64,000 bases of DNA from an uncultured Verrucomicrobiae bacterium (GTDB lineage Bacteria; Verrucomicrobiota; Verrucomicrobiia; Chthoniobacterales; Chthoniobacteraceae). The DNA lies in the NCBI GenBank assembly GCA_963769025.1, contig CAVYKI010000009.1, forward strand, positions 800,001 through 864,000, written 5' to 3'. This document shows positions 1-14,624 of this stretch, piece by piece. The notes under the pieces are model-generated. The model was not told the origin of the DNA and ran no database searches. It saw only the letters and a program-made list of their open reading frames with translations. The translations under genes and the position numbers were made by a program. Position 1 is the first letter of the stretch. Every line of letters begins with the position of its first letter.

Positions 1-1
1 G

Positions 2-232
2 CCGAGCACGCTCATCGGCATCGCGCTCTACTATTATCCAAAGCACGTCGTGCCGATGATCGCGCAATACATCGCCGCCGGAAACAACCCCGACCAGCCG
101 GGCCGCTTCGTGCAATGGCTGTACCCGCAGACCGCCGTCCACGCATGGAGCGTCCCCGGCACGTGGTTCGATGTCGGCAGCAAGGAGAACCTTGAGGAAG
201 CAAACCGCGTCTTCGCGAAGTTCGTCAAGTAG
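2..232 (+). CDS. Sugar-phosphate nucleotidyltransferase family protein, C-terminal fragment (5' truncated by window)
   Basis: Open frame from window start: PSTLIGIALYYYPK...WFDVGSKENLEEAN. W-x-D-x-G is the NTP_transferase C-terminal motif. Confidence 0.75.
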   Translation, partial: PSTLIGIALYYYPKHVVPMIAQYIAAGNNPDQPGRFVQWLYPQTAVHAWSVPGTWFDVGSKENLEEANRVFAKFVK

Positions 233-311
233 CGTCGAAGGCAGCGTTGGCAGACACCCATTCCGCAGCGCAGACTCGCAGAACACCAATCCCGCGCTAC
301 CTTTCCGCCCG

Positions 312-1295
312 ATGCTTCCCTGGTTCCAAGACCGTTTCCCGCTCTACCTCGCGCCCATGGCGGGAGTGACGGACACCACGTTCCGCCAGCTCTGCAAGGA
401 GTATGGCGCGGATGTGATGGTCACTGAGTTCGTTTCCGCGGAGGGCATCTTCCGGAAGAACGAGCGCACGATGGAGTATCTCGACTTCGAGGAGGCGGAG
501 CGCCCGCTCGGCGTGCAGCTTTTTGGCGGAGACCCGGAGCATCTCGGCGAGGCCGCGAAGATGGTGCTCGACTGGAAGCGGCCCGATTTTCTCGACATCA
601 ATTTCGGCTGCCCGGTGAGCAAGGTCGTGAGCAAGAACGGGGGCTCCGCGATCCTCCGCGACTGCCCGCTGCTCGCACGAATCGCCACGGCCATCGTGAA
701 GGCCGTCGCGCCGCATCCCGTCACCGCGAAAATCCGCATCGGCTGGAGCGCCGACACCGTGAATGCCACGACCACCGCGCGCATCCTCGAGGACTGCGGC
801 ATCCAGGCCATCGCAGTGCACGGGCGCACGAAGGAACAGGGCTATTCCGGCGAGGCCGATTGGAATGTCATCGGCGAAGTCGCCGAGACCGTGCGCGTGC
901 CGGTCATCGGCAACGGCGACATCACGAACGCGCGCGACGTCGAGCACCGCAAGGCCACGACGCGCGTCTCCGGCATCATGATTGGGCGCACCGCGATGCA
1001 GCACCCGTGGGTCTTCCGCGAAATCAAACATTACCTCGCCACCGGCGCGCACCTTCCCCCGCCGACGCTGGACGAAATCTGGCGACACATCCGCCGCCAC
1101 TGCGCGCGCGAAGTCGAAAAGCAGGGCAGCGAGCTCCACGCCATGCAGTCGATGCGCACACAGCTCATGTCCTACTCGCGAGGAATGCCCGACGCGAGAC
1201 GGCTCCGCGAAAAATTCGCCCACGTCGGCTCCCTCGCGCAGCTCGACGACATCGCGGCGGAAAACATCGCCGGCCCGCAGCTCGCGGCGGCGTAG
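312..1295 (+). CDS. dusB: tRNA-dihydrouridine synthase DusB
   Basis: LAPMAGVTD, QLFG, DINFGCP, KIRIGW, VHGRT, GNGDI, MIGR motifs. ATG at 312 preceded by TACCTT (-10-like). Confidence 0.88.
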   Translation: MLPWFQDRFPLYLAPMAGVTDTTFRQLCKEYGADVMVTEFVSAEGIFRKNERTMEYLDFEEAERPLGVQLFGGDPEHLGEAAKMVLDWKRPDFLDINFGCPVSKVVSKNGGSAILRDCPLLARIATAIVKAVAPHPVTAKIRIGWSADTVNATTTARILEDCGIQAIAVHGRTKEQGYSGEADWNVIGEVAETVRVPVIGNGDITNARDVEHRKATTRVSGIMIGRTAMQHPWVFREIKHYLATGAHLPPPTLDEIWRHIRRHCAREVEKQGSELHAMQSMRTQLMSYSRGMPDARRLREKFAHVGSLAQLDDIAAENIAGPQLAAA

Positions 1296-1317
1296 CTTGC
1301 GGCATCAACAGCCGCCG

Positions 1318-1348
1318 ACGCGAGGAGGTGGGCTGAATCTCCTCGCGT
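1318..1348. repeat. Palindromic REP-like hairpin between dusB and the IS
   Basis: acgcgaggag (1318-1327) and ctcctcgcgt (1339-1348) form a perfect 10-bp inverted repeat. Confidence 0.55.
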
Positions 1349-1357
1349 GTCCGCTAA

Positions 1358-2251
1358 GAGACTGTGCAAAAAGTCTGCACTATGGTCATTTTAGTACCTT
1401 GGTACGAATTGGAGGAATGGGGTGGAAAGCTTGGGATGCCGAACCAAGAACCGTATCCGAGTGACCTCAATGAAGTGGAATGGGAGCTGTTGCGCCCGCT
1501 GGTGAACGTGCCGGCGAAGCTTGGGCGGCCACCGCGCCACGACCGGAGGCTGGTGCTCAATGCCATCTTCTACGTGGTGCGCAGCGGGTGCGCGTGGCGG
1601 CTCTTGCCGCATGACCTGCCGCCGTGGCGGCTGTGCTACTACTACTTTGCCAAGTGGCGGGAGAACGGGCTCTGGGTGCAAATCAACGATCAGCTGCGCG
1701 AGGCCGTGCGCGGGAAAGGCGCGAAAAAAAAGCCCCCAGCGCTGCGATCTTCGACGCGCAGAGTGTTAAAGTGGCTAACCACCCCGGAGTGCGAGGCTAC
1801 GATGCGGGCAAGAAGATCCGAGGGCGAAAACGGCATCTGGTGGTAGACACCCTGGGGCTCATCCTGGGCGTCGTGGTCACCGGTGCCGATGTCTCCGATC
1901 GCGCCGGATCCCTGCAGGTGCTCCCGCCCGTGCTGCGCACCCAGCCACGGCTCGGACAGCTGTGGGCGGACGCAGGCTACGCGGGCGGCACGCTCGCCGC
2001 AGACTTGCGCGCGCACGCCGCCCATCCGGACCTGCGCCTGGACATCATCAAACGCAGCGACCCCGCCCCCAAAGGCTTCCAAGTCCAGCCCAAGCGGTGG
2101 ATCGTCGAACGCACTTTGGGATGGCTCATGCAGGCGCGCAGACTTGCCCGCGACTACGAAACCAAAACCGCCTCCAGCCAGGCGATGATCCTCATTCAAG
2201 CCTCCCGCATCATGCTGCGCAGACTCGCCAAGTGACTTTTTACACAGTCTC
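1358..2251 (+). mobile_element. IS5-family (IS1031-like) insertion sequence, 894 bp
   Basis: Terminal IRs gagactgtgcaaaaagtc (1358-1375) and gactttttacacagtctc (2234-2251) match 17/18. TAA target duplication at 1355-1357 and 2252-2254. Confidence 0.95.
1436..2235 (+). CDS. IS5-family transposase, OrfA/OrfB joined by -1 frameshift
   Basis: OrfA: YPSDL..EW, NAIFYVVRSGCAWRLLP. OrfB: DAQSVK, YDAGKKIRGRKRHLVVDTLG, WADAGY, RWIVERTLGW. A_AAA_AAG slippery site at 1726-1732. Confidence 0.92.
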
Positions 2252-2318
2252 TAAGGCACTCGGAAAATGCGTGCCTGGCTGCTGCCATCGCCGACTTTCG
2301 TTTGTTCCGAATCTCGCC

Positions 2319-4259
2319 CTACTTCGGCCCCGCGCTGCCGGTGGTCCCGCCGCCGTTGAGCTGGAGGTAGGTGTAGCCCTTCAGCGCGCGCTCGTAGCTG
2401 TTGAGCATGCGGATGGCTTCGGCGGGCTTGAGCTTGTCGCCGCGGATGGCGGCGTCCACCTGGGCCTTCATCTTGCGGTTCAGCTCGGCCTCGTCCCATT
2501 GCGTCATGTTCAGCACGCTGGCGATGGTGCTGCCTTCGATGGTTTCCTCGATGTACCAGCCGCACTCCTCGTCCTCGTCGAGGAAGAGGTGCGCCTCGTT
2601 CACGCGCCCAAAGAGGTTGTGGAAGTCACCCATGATGTCCTGGTAGGCGCCCATGAGGAAGAAGCCGATGAAGTACGGCACGCCGGGCTGGATGCGGTGC
2701 AGCGGGAGGGTGTCGCGGACATCCTGGAGGTCGATGAACTTGCTCACCTTGCCGTCGGAGTCGCAGGTGATGTCCACGAGCGTGGCCTCGCGGTCGGGCG
2801 CCTCGTCGAGGCGATGCACGGGCATGATCGGGAAAAGCTGACCGAGCGCCCAGTGGTCGAGCATGCTTTGGAAGACGGAGAAGTTGCAGAGGTACTGATC
2901 CGCGATGGAAACGCCGAGCTCCTTGATTTCATCCGGGACGTATTTCATCCCGGCGCTGAGCTGCACGATCTTCCGCGCGATTTGCCAGAAGACGGTCTCG
3001 ATGCGCGCCTTCGCATCCAGTTCCATGAGGCCGAGGTCGAACATGGACTGCGCCTTTTCCTTCAGCTCCTGCGCGTCGTGCAGTGTCTCGCGGCGGTTCT
3101 GTTTGTTGAGGCCGGCCTTGAGCTCGAGGATGTTCCGGACGAGCTTCGGATCGCCGGTCTTGGCCGCCACCGCGCCTTCCTGATCCTTCTCGATGGAGCC
3201 GAATGCCTCGACGATGAGCACGCTGTGATGCGCGACGATGGCGCGTCCGCTTTCGCTCACGATGGTCGGGTGCGCGACCTTCTCGTCGTCGCAGATTTCC
3301 ATGATGTTCCAGACGACATCGCGCGCGTATTCCTGGAGCGAGTAGTTCGTCGAGCTGTCGAAGGCGCTGCGCGAGCCGTCGTAGTCCACGCCGAGTCCGC
3401 CGCCGACGTCGAGGTAGTCGATCTGATGCCCGAGCTTGAGCATCTTCGCGTAGAAGCGCGCGGCCTCGCGGACGGCGCGCTTGATGGTCCCGATGTCCGG
3501 CACCTGCGAGCCGACGTGGAAATGCACGAGCTTCAGGCAATGCGCCAGGCCGGCGGCCTTCAGCGTCTCACTGGCGATCAGGAGGTCCGCGGTGCTGAGG
3601 CCGAACTTCGCGTTCTCGCCGCCGCTCAGCGCCCACTTGCCCGCGCCCTTGGCGTTCAAGCGCACGCGCAGGCCGATCCATGGCTCCGTCCCGACTTCGC
3701 GTGAGACCGTGAGGATCTGCTGAAGCTCCTCGATTTTCTCGACGACCAGGATCACGCGCTTGCCGAGCTTTGTGCCGAGCAGCGCGTTCTGGATGAGCGA
3801 GGCGTCCTTGTAGCCGTTGCAAATGATGAGCGACTCGGGATCCTCATGCACGGAAAGAGCCGCGAGGAGCTCCGGCTTGCTGCCGGCCTCGATGCCGAAA
3901 TGGAACGGCGCGCCGGCCGACATGATTTCCTCCACGACCTCCTGGAGTTGGTTCACCTTGATCGGGAACACGCCGCGATAGACGCCTTGATACTTGAACT
4001 CCTCGATGGCGGTGGCGAACGCGCGGTTGATCGTCTCCACGCGGTTCCGCAGCAGATCGTGGAACCTCAGCACCATCGGGAATGTCATCCCCTGCGCCTG
4101 CGCCTCCTCGACTGCGGCCATGATGTCCACGCCCGTTTTCTCGTCGAGCGTCGGGAACACCTGCACGTGACCCTTGTCGTTGATTCCGAAATATCCGCCG
4201 CCCCAGCGGTCCACGTTGTAGAGTGCGGTTGCCGCTGCGATGTCCCAGTTTTGCTGCAT
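2319..4259 (-). CDS. speA: Biosynthetic arginine decarboxylase
   Basis: Y.V..WG.GYF N-terminus, FPIKVNQ PLP lysine, EAGSKPE, HFHVGSQ, DVGGGLGVDYDG, TCDSDG, GAYQDIMG. Confidence 0.95.
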   Translation of the reverse strand: MQQNWDIAAATALYNVDRWGGGYFGINDKGHVQVFPTLDEKTGVDIMAAVEEAQAQGMTFPMVLRFHDLLRNRVETINRAFATAIEEFKYQGVYRGVFPIKVNQLQEVVEEIMSAGAPFHFGIEAGSKPELLAALSVHEDPESLIICNGYKDASLIQNALLGTKLGKRVILVVEKIEELQQILTVSREVGTEPWIGLRVRLNAKGAGKWALSGGENAKFGLSTADLLIASETLKAAGLAHCLKLVHFHVGSQVPDIGTIKRAVREAARFYAKMLKLGHQIDYLDVGGGLGVDYDGSRSAFDSSTNYSLQEYARDVVWNIMEICDDEKVAHPTIVSESGRAIVAHHSVLIVEAFGSIEKDQEGAVAAKTGDPKLVRNILELKAGLNKQNRRETLHDAQELKEKAQSMFDLGLMELDAKARIETVFWQIARKIVQLSAGMKYVPDEIKELGVSIADQYLCNFSVFQSMLDHWALGQLFPIMPVHRLDEAPDREATLVDITCDSDGKVSKFIDLQDVRDTLPLHRIQPGVPYFIGFFLMGAYQDIMGDFHNLFGRVNEAHLFLDEDEECGWYIEETIEGSTIASVLNMTQWDEAELNRKMKAQVDAAIRGDKLKPAEAIRMLNSYERALKGYTYLQLNGGGTTGSAGPK

Positions 4260-4397
4260 GTTGATTTGTGTGCGCGCGAATAGGTGAATCACCCCGCGCG
4301 TGCAATACGCGTCGTGAAAAAAATCATCGCGGATGCAAACCGGCCCGTGCGGGCGGCAGCGACAGGAATGTCGCCGCCCCCATTCCAGCGTCGCCAA

Positions 4398-5491
4398 TCA
4401 TCGCTGATAGATCGGCAGGAAGTGGCTTTTCACGGAAAGCGCGAGCACGGCGAGCGCCGTCGCATACACCTTCCCGCCCTGCCGCTCCTCGCCGCCGACG
4501 CCGTCCCACCAGCCTTCGCGCGATTGGATCGGGATGAGCAAGTCCGCCATCTGCTTGCGAGCCGCGGCAGCGTGTTTGTCCCCGCGCTGATACATCCCCT
4601 GCGCATAATAGTATGCCGTGTAAAAGAACCAGCGGTCGCCGACACGCAGACCGCTCTTCAGCAGCCGGTCTGATGAGACTTTCACCTCCTCGCTGTCGTA
4701 GTCGCCGCACACCTGGAGCGCGAGCAGTCCCTCCGCGGTCGTCGATGGCTCGCTCCCGCGGCTGCTATATCCGAAGCCGCCATAGCCACGGCCGCCATTT
4801 CCAGAATCGAAGAGGCCCTTGATGTAGCGCACCGCGAGATCGATGGACTCCTTCGGCACGTCTAGCCCCGCATTGCGCGCGGAACGCAACGCCATCGTCT
4901 GCCAGCAGGTGATGGACATGTCGCTGTCGCTCGCGTCCGGCGTGTAGCGCCACCCGCCGCGGTTCGATTCGTTCTTCGGCACCCGCTGCGCGCGCAGAAT
5001 GAGGTCTATCGCCTTGCGGCAACGGTCGCGGATGAGGGTGTCTTGCGCCTCGTTCGTCCCCATGCCGAGCATCTCCGCGAGCATCAGCGTGGTGATGCCG
5101 TGGCCATACATGCGCGAGCCGTCGGCCTTTCCGAAGTAGCCGTTCGCGTCCTGGTTTTCCGGCAGCAGCACAAAGTCGAGCGCGCGCTTCATCGCGCGGC
5201 CCTCGGGCGTGGTGTCGGACGGCTGGTGCCCCATCGCGGCGAATGAAAGCACCGCCAGCGAAGTCATCGTCGTCTCGTTGCGAAGGCGGTTATGAATCGC
5301 GCCGGTCGCCGGATCCTGGCACGTGATCAGGAATTGTCCCGCGCGCTTGAACGCCTCGTTCACCCGCGCGCTGTCCTCGGCCTCCTGTGCCGGCGCCGCG
5401 CACGCCATCGCGAGGAAAATGAACGCGCGTGTGAAAAACAAATTCACCGCCCCTTCGAACACCGAGCGCGCCGCTTTTTGGATTCGCAAAA

Positions 5492-5495
<4 letters not shown>
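4398..5495 (-). CDS. Prenyltransferase/squalene-oxidase-repeat (alpha/alpha toroid) protein, probably exported
   Basis: MYGHGITTLMLAE, GGWRY...SDMSITCWQTMALRSA, FFYTAYYYAQ and Q..EGWW repeats. Hydrophobic signal-like segment near N-terminus. Confidence 0.8.
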
Positions 5496-10925
<5,430 letters not shown>

Positions 10926-10998
10926 AAAATGGTCAAAGTTCGGGGTATCGTATCCGTGGACAACCCCCTGACCAGCTTCGGCTTTGATTATCCCGCAC

Positions 10999-11724
10999 CT
11001 ATCGTCGGCGGACCTTTTTCGGTGCGCTGGAGGGCAGCATGAAAAGGATCAGCACTATGGCAAACCCGATGCCGGCTCCGATCCACAACTTGCGATTCTG
11101 AAAAATCGAGGGCTGACCGCCGATCGCATCCGATACCGTCCCGAACGGCGGCATCACGATGTTGCGGGGAGCAGGCGTCTCCAAATCCTCCGTCCCGTCC
11201 CCCAAGACGGTCGCGACCGGCACATCGCCACCCTTGCCAGCCGCCTTCGCACGCTCCCGGTCGATCTCCGCGCGCGCCTTTGATGCTGCGTCGATCAAAT
11301 CCTTTTGCGCCGTGGCCGACTCCGCCTCGAATGCTGCGTTCTCGATTTTCCGCTTCGCCCGTTCCACAGCCATGAGCGCATCCTCCTCGGCCTTCCGCTT
11401 CGCCTCCGCCTCCATCGCCCGCCGCTTCGGCGCCTCGTCGATCATCCTTTCCTCCTCGGCGAGTCGCTTGGCCTCGGCCTCCTTCGCGGCCTTGCGCGCG
11501 GCGGATTTTTCCGCAGTCCAGCCGTACTCCGCCTGCATCGCTGGCGGCAGAAAATCAAAGTCCACGAGTGCAGTGCCCTCGCTGTGGGTGATGCGGACCG
11601 CCTCGGCCTCCACCTTGGTCACCTTCACATCCTTGAACGTCGCTTCCGGCGTCACAAGGTCGAGGGCAGGGCTCATCGCGATGAGCAAAAGGAGCAAGCA
11701 GATGGAAACGAGGGGCGCTTTCAT
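10999..11724 (-). CDS. Hypothetical protein with signal peptide, small beta domain, coiled coil and C-terminal TM anchor
   Basis: MKAPLVSICLLLLL signal; FKDVKVTKVEAEAVRITHSEG..VDFDFLP domain; C-terminal LWIGAGIGFAIVLILF followed by KKVRRR. Confidence 0.7.
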   Translation of the reverse strand: MKAPLVSICLLLLLIAMSPALDLVTPEATFKDVKVTKVEAEAVRITHSEGTALVDFDFLPPAMQAEYGWTAEKSAARKAAKEAEAKRLAEEERMIDEAPKRRAMEAEAKRKAEEDALMAVERAKRKIENAAFEAESATAQKDLIDAASKARAEIDRERAKAAGKGGDVPVATVLGDGTEDLETPAPRNIVMPPFGTVSDAIGGQPSIFQNRKLWIGAGIGFAIVLILFMLPSSAPKKVRRR

Positions 11725-11790
11725 TCCCCGAAAAATACAGGACTTGCCGTGGGAAGCACACGATTTTTTCACCATCCCTCGCCGCGACGG

Positions 11791-11818
11791 TTGATTTCCC
11801 CGCGCGGCCCCCTACCCT
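11791..11818 (+). promoter_or_regulatory. Putative sigma70 promoter of lipA (near-leaderless)
   Basis: TTGATT-16bp-TACCCT, with the ATG 8 nt after the -10. Confidence 0.5.
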
Positions 11819-11826
11819 CCGGCGCG

Positions 11827-12727
11827 ATGTCGTGCTCCAAGATTGATCCCGCGCTCCACCAGGCCCGCAAGCCTGATTGGATCAAGGTGCGCCTGCCCAA
11901 CAACCCGGTCTTCTTTTCCACCAAGGCGCTCATCACCGACCTTCGCCTGAACACCGTCTGCGAGAGCGCGCAGTGCCCGAATCGCTGGGAATGCTGGAGC
12001 AGTGGCACCGCCACATTCATGATCGCCGGCGACCGCTGCACGCGCGCGTGCGGCTTTTGCGCGGTCACGACGGCAAAGCCCTTCGCGCTCGAGGACGACG
12101 AACCGCAGCGCGTGGCCGAGGCGATCCGCCGGATGAAGCTCAAGCACGTCGTCATCACCGCCGTCGCTCGGGACGATCTGAAGGATGGCGGAGCGCTGCA
12201 TTTCGCGCGCACCATCGAGGCCGTGCGCGGCGTCGGACCCGCAGATCGTCATCGAGGTGCTCACGCCGGACTTCCACGCAAAGGAGGAATGCCTTTCGCT
12301 CGTCGCCGCCGCGCGCCCGCACATTTTCAATCACAACGTCGAAACCGTCGAGCGCCTGACGCCGATGGTCCGCTCGCGCGCGAAATACGCAGTGAGCATG
12401 CGCGTGCTGCGATGGATGAAAACGCACTCGCCGGAAATCGTGACGAAGAGCGGCCTCATGCTCGGCCTCGGCGAGACGGAGCCCGAGATTTTCCAGACGA
12501 TGGACGACCTCCGCGAAAATGGCGTGCAGCTCCTCACCATCGGCCAGTATCTGCGCCCGAGCGCGCAGCACCTGCCCGTCGTCGAATACGTCCACCCCGA
12601 CAGCTTCAAGCTCTACGAGCGCATCGCCTACGAAAAGGGCTTCGAGTTCGTCGCGAGCGGCCCGCTCGTGCGAAGTTCCTACCACGCCGCGGACTACGAT
12701 CCGCGGACGCGCCACAACTTGAAGTAA
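11827..12727 (+). CDS. lipA: Lipoyl synthase (frameshift near 12230)
   Basis: RKPDWIKV, CESAQCPNRWEC (CX4CX5C), CTRACGFC radical SAM motif, NHNVETV, GPLVRSSYHA. Confidence 0.93.
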
Positions 12728-12757
12728 CGCGGCGCGCAGCCTGCTATTCCACGCCGC

Positions 12758-13500
12758 ATGCCAGCCCAGCCCACCGCCACACGCGCCAACGTCGCAGCGC
12801 TCATCCCGTGCTATTTCGAGGAAAAGCAAATCCGCGGCGTGGCCACCGCGGCAAAGGCCGCAGCTCGATCTCGTCCTCGTCGTCGATGACGGCTCGACGG
12901 ATCGCACGAGCGACGAGGCGCGCGCCGCCGGCGTCGAAGTCATCAAGCACGAAAAGAACGCCGGCAAAGGCGCCGCGATCAAAACCGGCCTGCGTGCCCT
13001 CCTGGAACGGCCGGGTGTGGACTTCGTCCTCATCCTCGACGGCGACGGTCAGCATCTGCCCGACGAAATCCCGAACTTCCTCGCCGAGGCCAATGCCACC
13101 GGCGCCGCGATGGTCGTCGGCAACCGCATGGGCGACGTGCGCGACATGCCCTTCGTGCGCAAATGCACGAACCGCTACATGAGCTGGACCATCAGCCGCG
13201 TCATCGGCCAGCGCGTGCCGGATTCGCAATGCGGCTTCCGCATGTTCCACCGCGTCGCTCGCCGCGGAGTTGCTCGCGACGGAAAGCACCAGCTTCGATT
13301 TCGAAACCGAGATGCTCGCGCTCGCCGCCCGCCGCGGATGCCGCATCGGCGCCGCGAAAGTCAGCACGGTCTATGGCGACGAGGTCAGCAAGATCCACCC
13401 CGTCCGAGACACGCTCCGCTTTTTCAAGCTCCTCAAGCGCCTGAAACGCGAAGCCAAATCAGCGCCACAGGCAGCCGCATCGCCCGCCGCCGCCAGGTAG
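12758..13500 (+). CDS. GT2 glycosyltransferase, DPM-synthase-like (frameshifts near 12860 and 13255)
   Basis: LIPCYFEE, VVDDGSTD, NAGKGAAI, LDGDGQH, DSQCGFR, FETEML across frames. Confidence 0.85.
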
Positions 13501-13556
13501 GGCGCGTTCGCCGAACGCGCCCTGATTCGCGGGACGGCTCGGCGAGCGGTCCCTAC
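13497..13556. repeat. GTAG-type REP doublet (REPIN-like) between convergent genes
   Basis: GTAG followed by hairpin gggcgcgttcg-c-cgaacgcgccc on +, and GTAG followed by ggaccgctcgccgagccgtcc on -. Confidence 0.65.
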
Positions 13557-13565
13557 CCCGACGCA

Positions 13566-14498
13566 TTACCCACGCGCAGCAAGCATCCACGCCGCGGCGA
13601 GCGTTCCCGCCGCGCCGGCACCGCACGCCGCCTGCACCCAGGCCCGCGCCCCGCGTCGCGCTCCGACGGCGAAAAGCCCCGCGCCGAGAAAAATCCCCGC
13701 GATGAGCCCGAAGAGATGCGCCATCACATCCACGTTTCCGGCGTCGAGCAGCGGCGCGCCATCGCGTCCGATCCCCGCGCCGCCGTACAGCGCGAGGAAC
13801 GCAAGCCCCGCGCCGATCGGCACGAAGACCCGCCAGCCCGTGTGAACTGCGCGATGCATCAGCCGCGCCGCCAATTCGCCGCCGGCGAGCAGGCCGAGGC
13901 TCGCGAAGAGCGCCGTCGAGGATCCGATGCTTTGGTGCGGATTGGCCGCGTGTAAAAATGCGTTCATCAGATTCCCGAGCGCGCCGCCCATCACGGTGCC
14001 GAGCAGGCCCGCTCCCGTGCCGAACCTCGAAAACACAAACGCAAACGCGAACACCCCGAGGCTGATGTTCGACACGAGATGCTCCGCATCGCCGTGCAAG
14101 GTCAGCGCGGTGAAAACGCGCCACCATTCGCCGCCGAGGATCGCGGAATCCGCCGCGACACCACGCTCGACGAGTTCCGCGGGCGCGGCCATCTGCGCGC
14201 GATAAAGCAGCACCATCGCGACGAGCGTCATCGCCAGCGCGAACTTCGGAATCTCCAGCGGTTCCACCTTCTGCGCACGCGGACGCGCCTTTTCCTCCTC
14301 CTCGAATTCCGCCAGCGCAGCGGCCACGCGCTCCCGCGCCTCCTCCTCGACCCTCAGCACCCACGCGCCGTCCTCGCGCACGATCCAGTGCGGCAGTTCC
14401 ATCGCCGCGACGACGAGCCCTCGTTCGCGCGCGGCCTTCAGCCGCCGGTAGCGGCCGACTTCCGCGAGCGGGACGGATGGCTGGTCTTCAGAAGTCAT
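13566..14498 (-). CDS. Rhomboid family intramembrane serine protease
   Basis: GEWWRVFTALTLH...HLVSN, SIGSST (catalytic Ser), AHLFG (catalytic His). Confidence 0.9.
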   Translation of the reverse strand: MTSEDQPSVPLAEVGRYRRLKAARERGLVVAAMELPHWIVREDGAWVLRVEEEARERVAAALAEFEEEEKARPRAQKVEPLEIPKFALAMTLVAMVLLYRAQMAAPAELVERGVAADSAILGGEWWRVFTALTLHGDAEHLVSNISLGVFAFAFVFSRFGTGAGLLGTVMGGALGNLMNAFLHAANPHQSIGSSTALFASLGLLAGGELAARLMHRAVHTGWRVFVPIGAGLAFLALYGGAGIGRDGAPLLDAGNVDVMAHLFGLIAGIFLGAGLFAVGARRGARAWVQAACGAGAAGTLAAAWMLAARG

Positions 14499-14624
14499 GG
14501 ATGTCCCCTCTTAATCCGAATCCCCGGCAGAATCCCACTCCGCGTTTCAGCGCCGCCCTTGCGCATTTCGCGCGCCGGGGCTTGTTCAGGCTGTCCCGAT
14601 TTCCGACAAGCGCAGCGCCACGCC

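Noticed and set aside
1962..3704. Long antisense or alternative-frame ORFs (also 7335-8933, 21160-23634, 41223-43094, 44208-46019 and others)
   Set aside because: Shadow ORFs expected in high-GC DNA, overlapping well-supported genes and lacking recognisable motifs.
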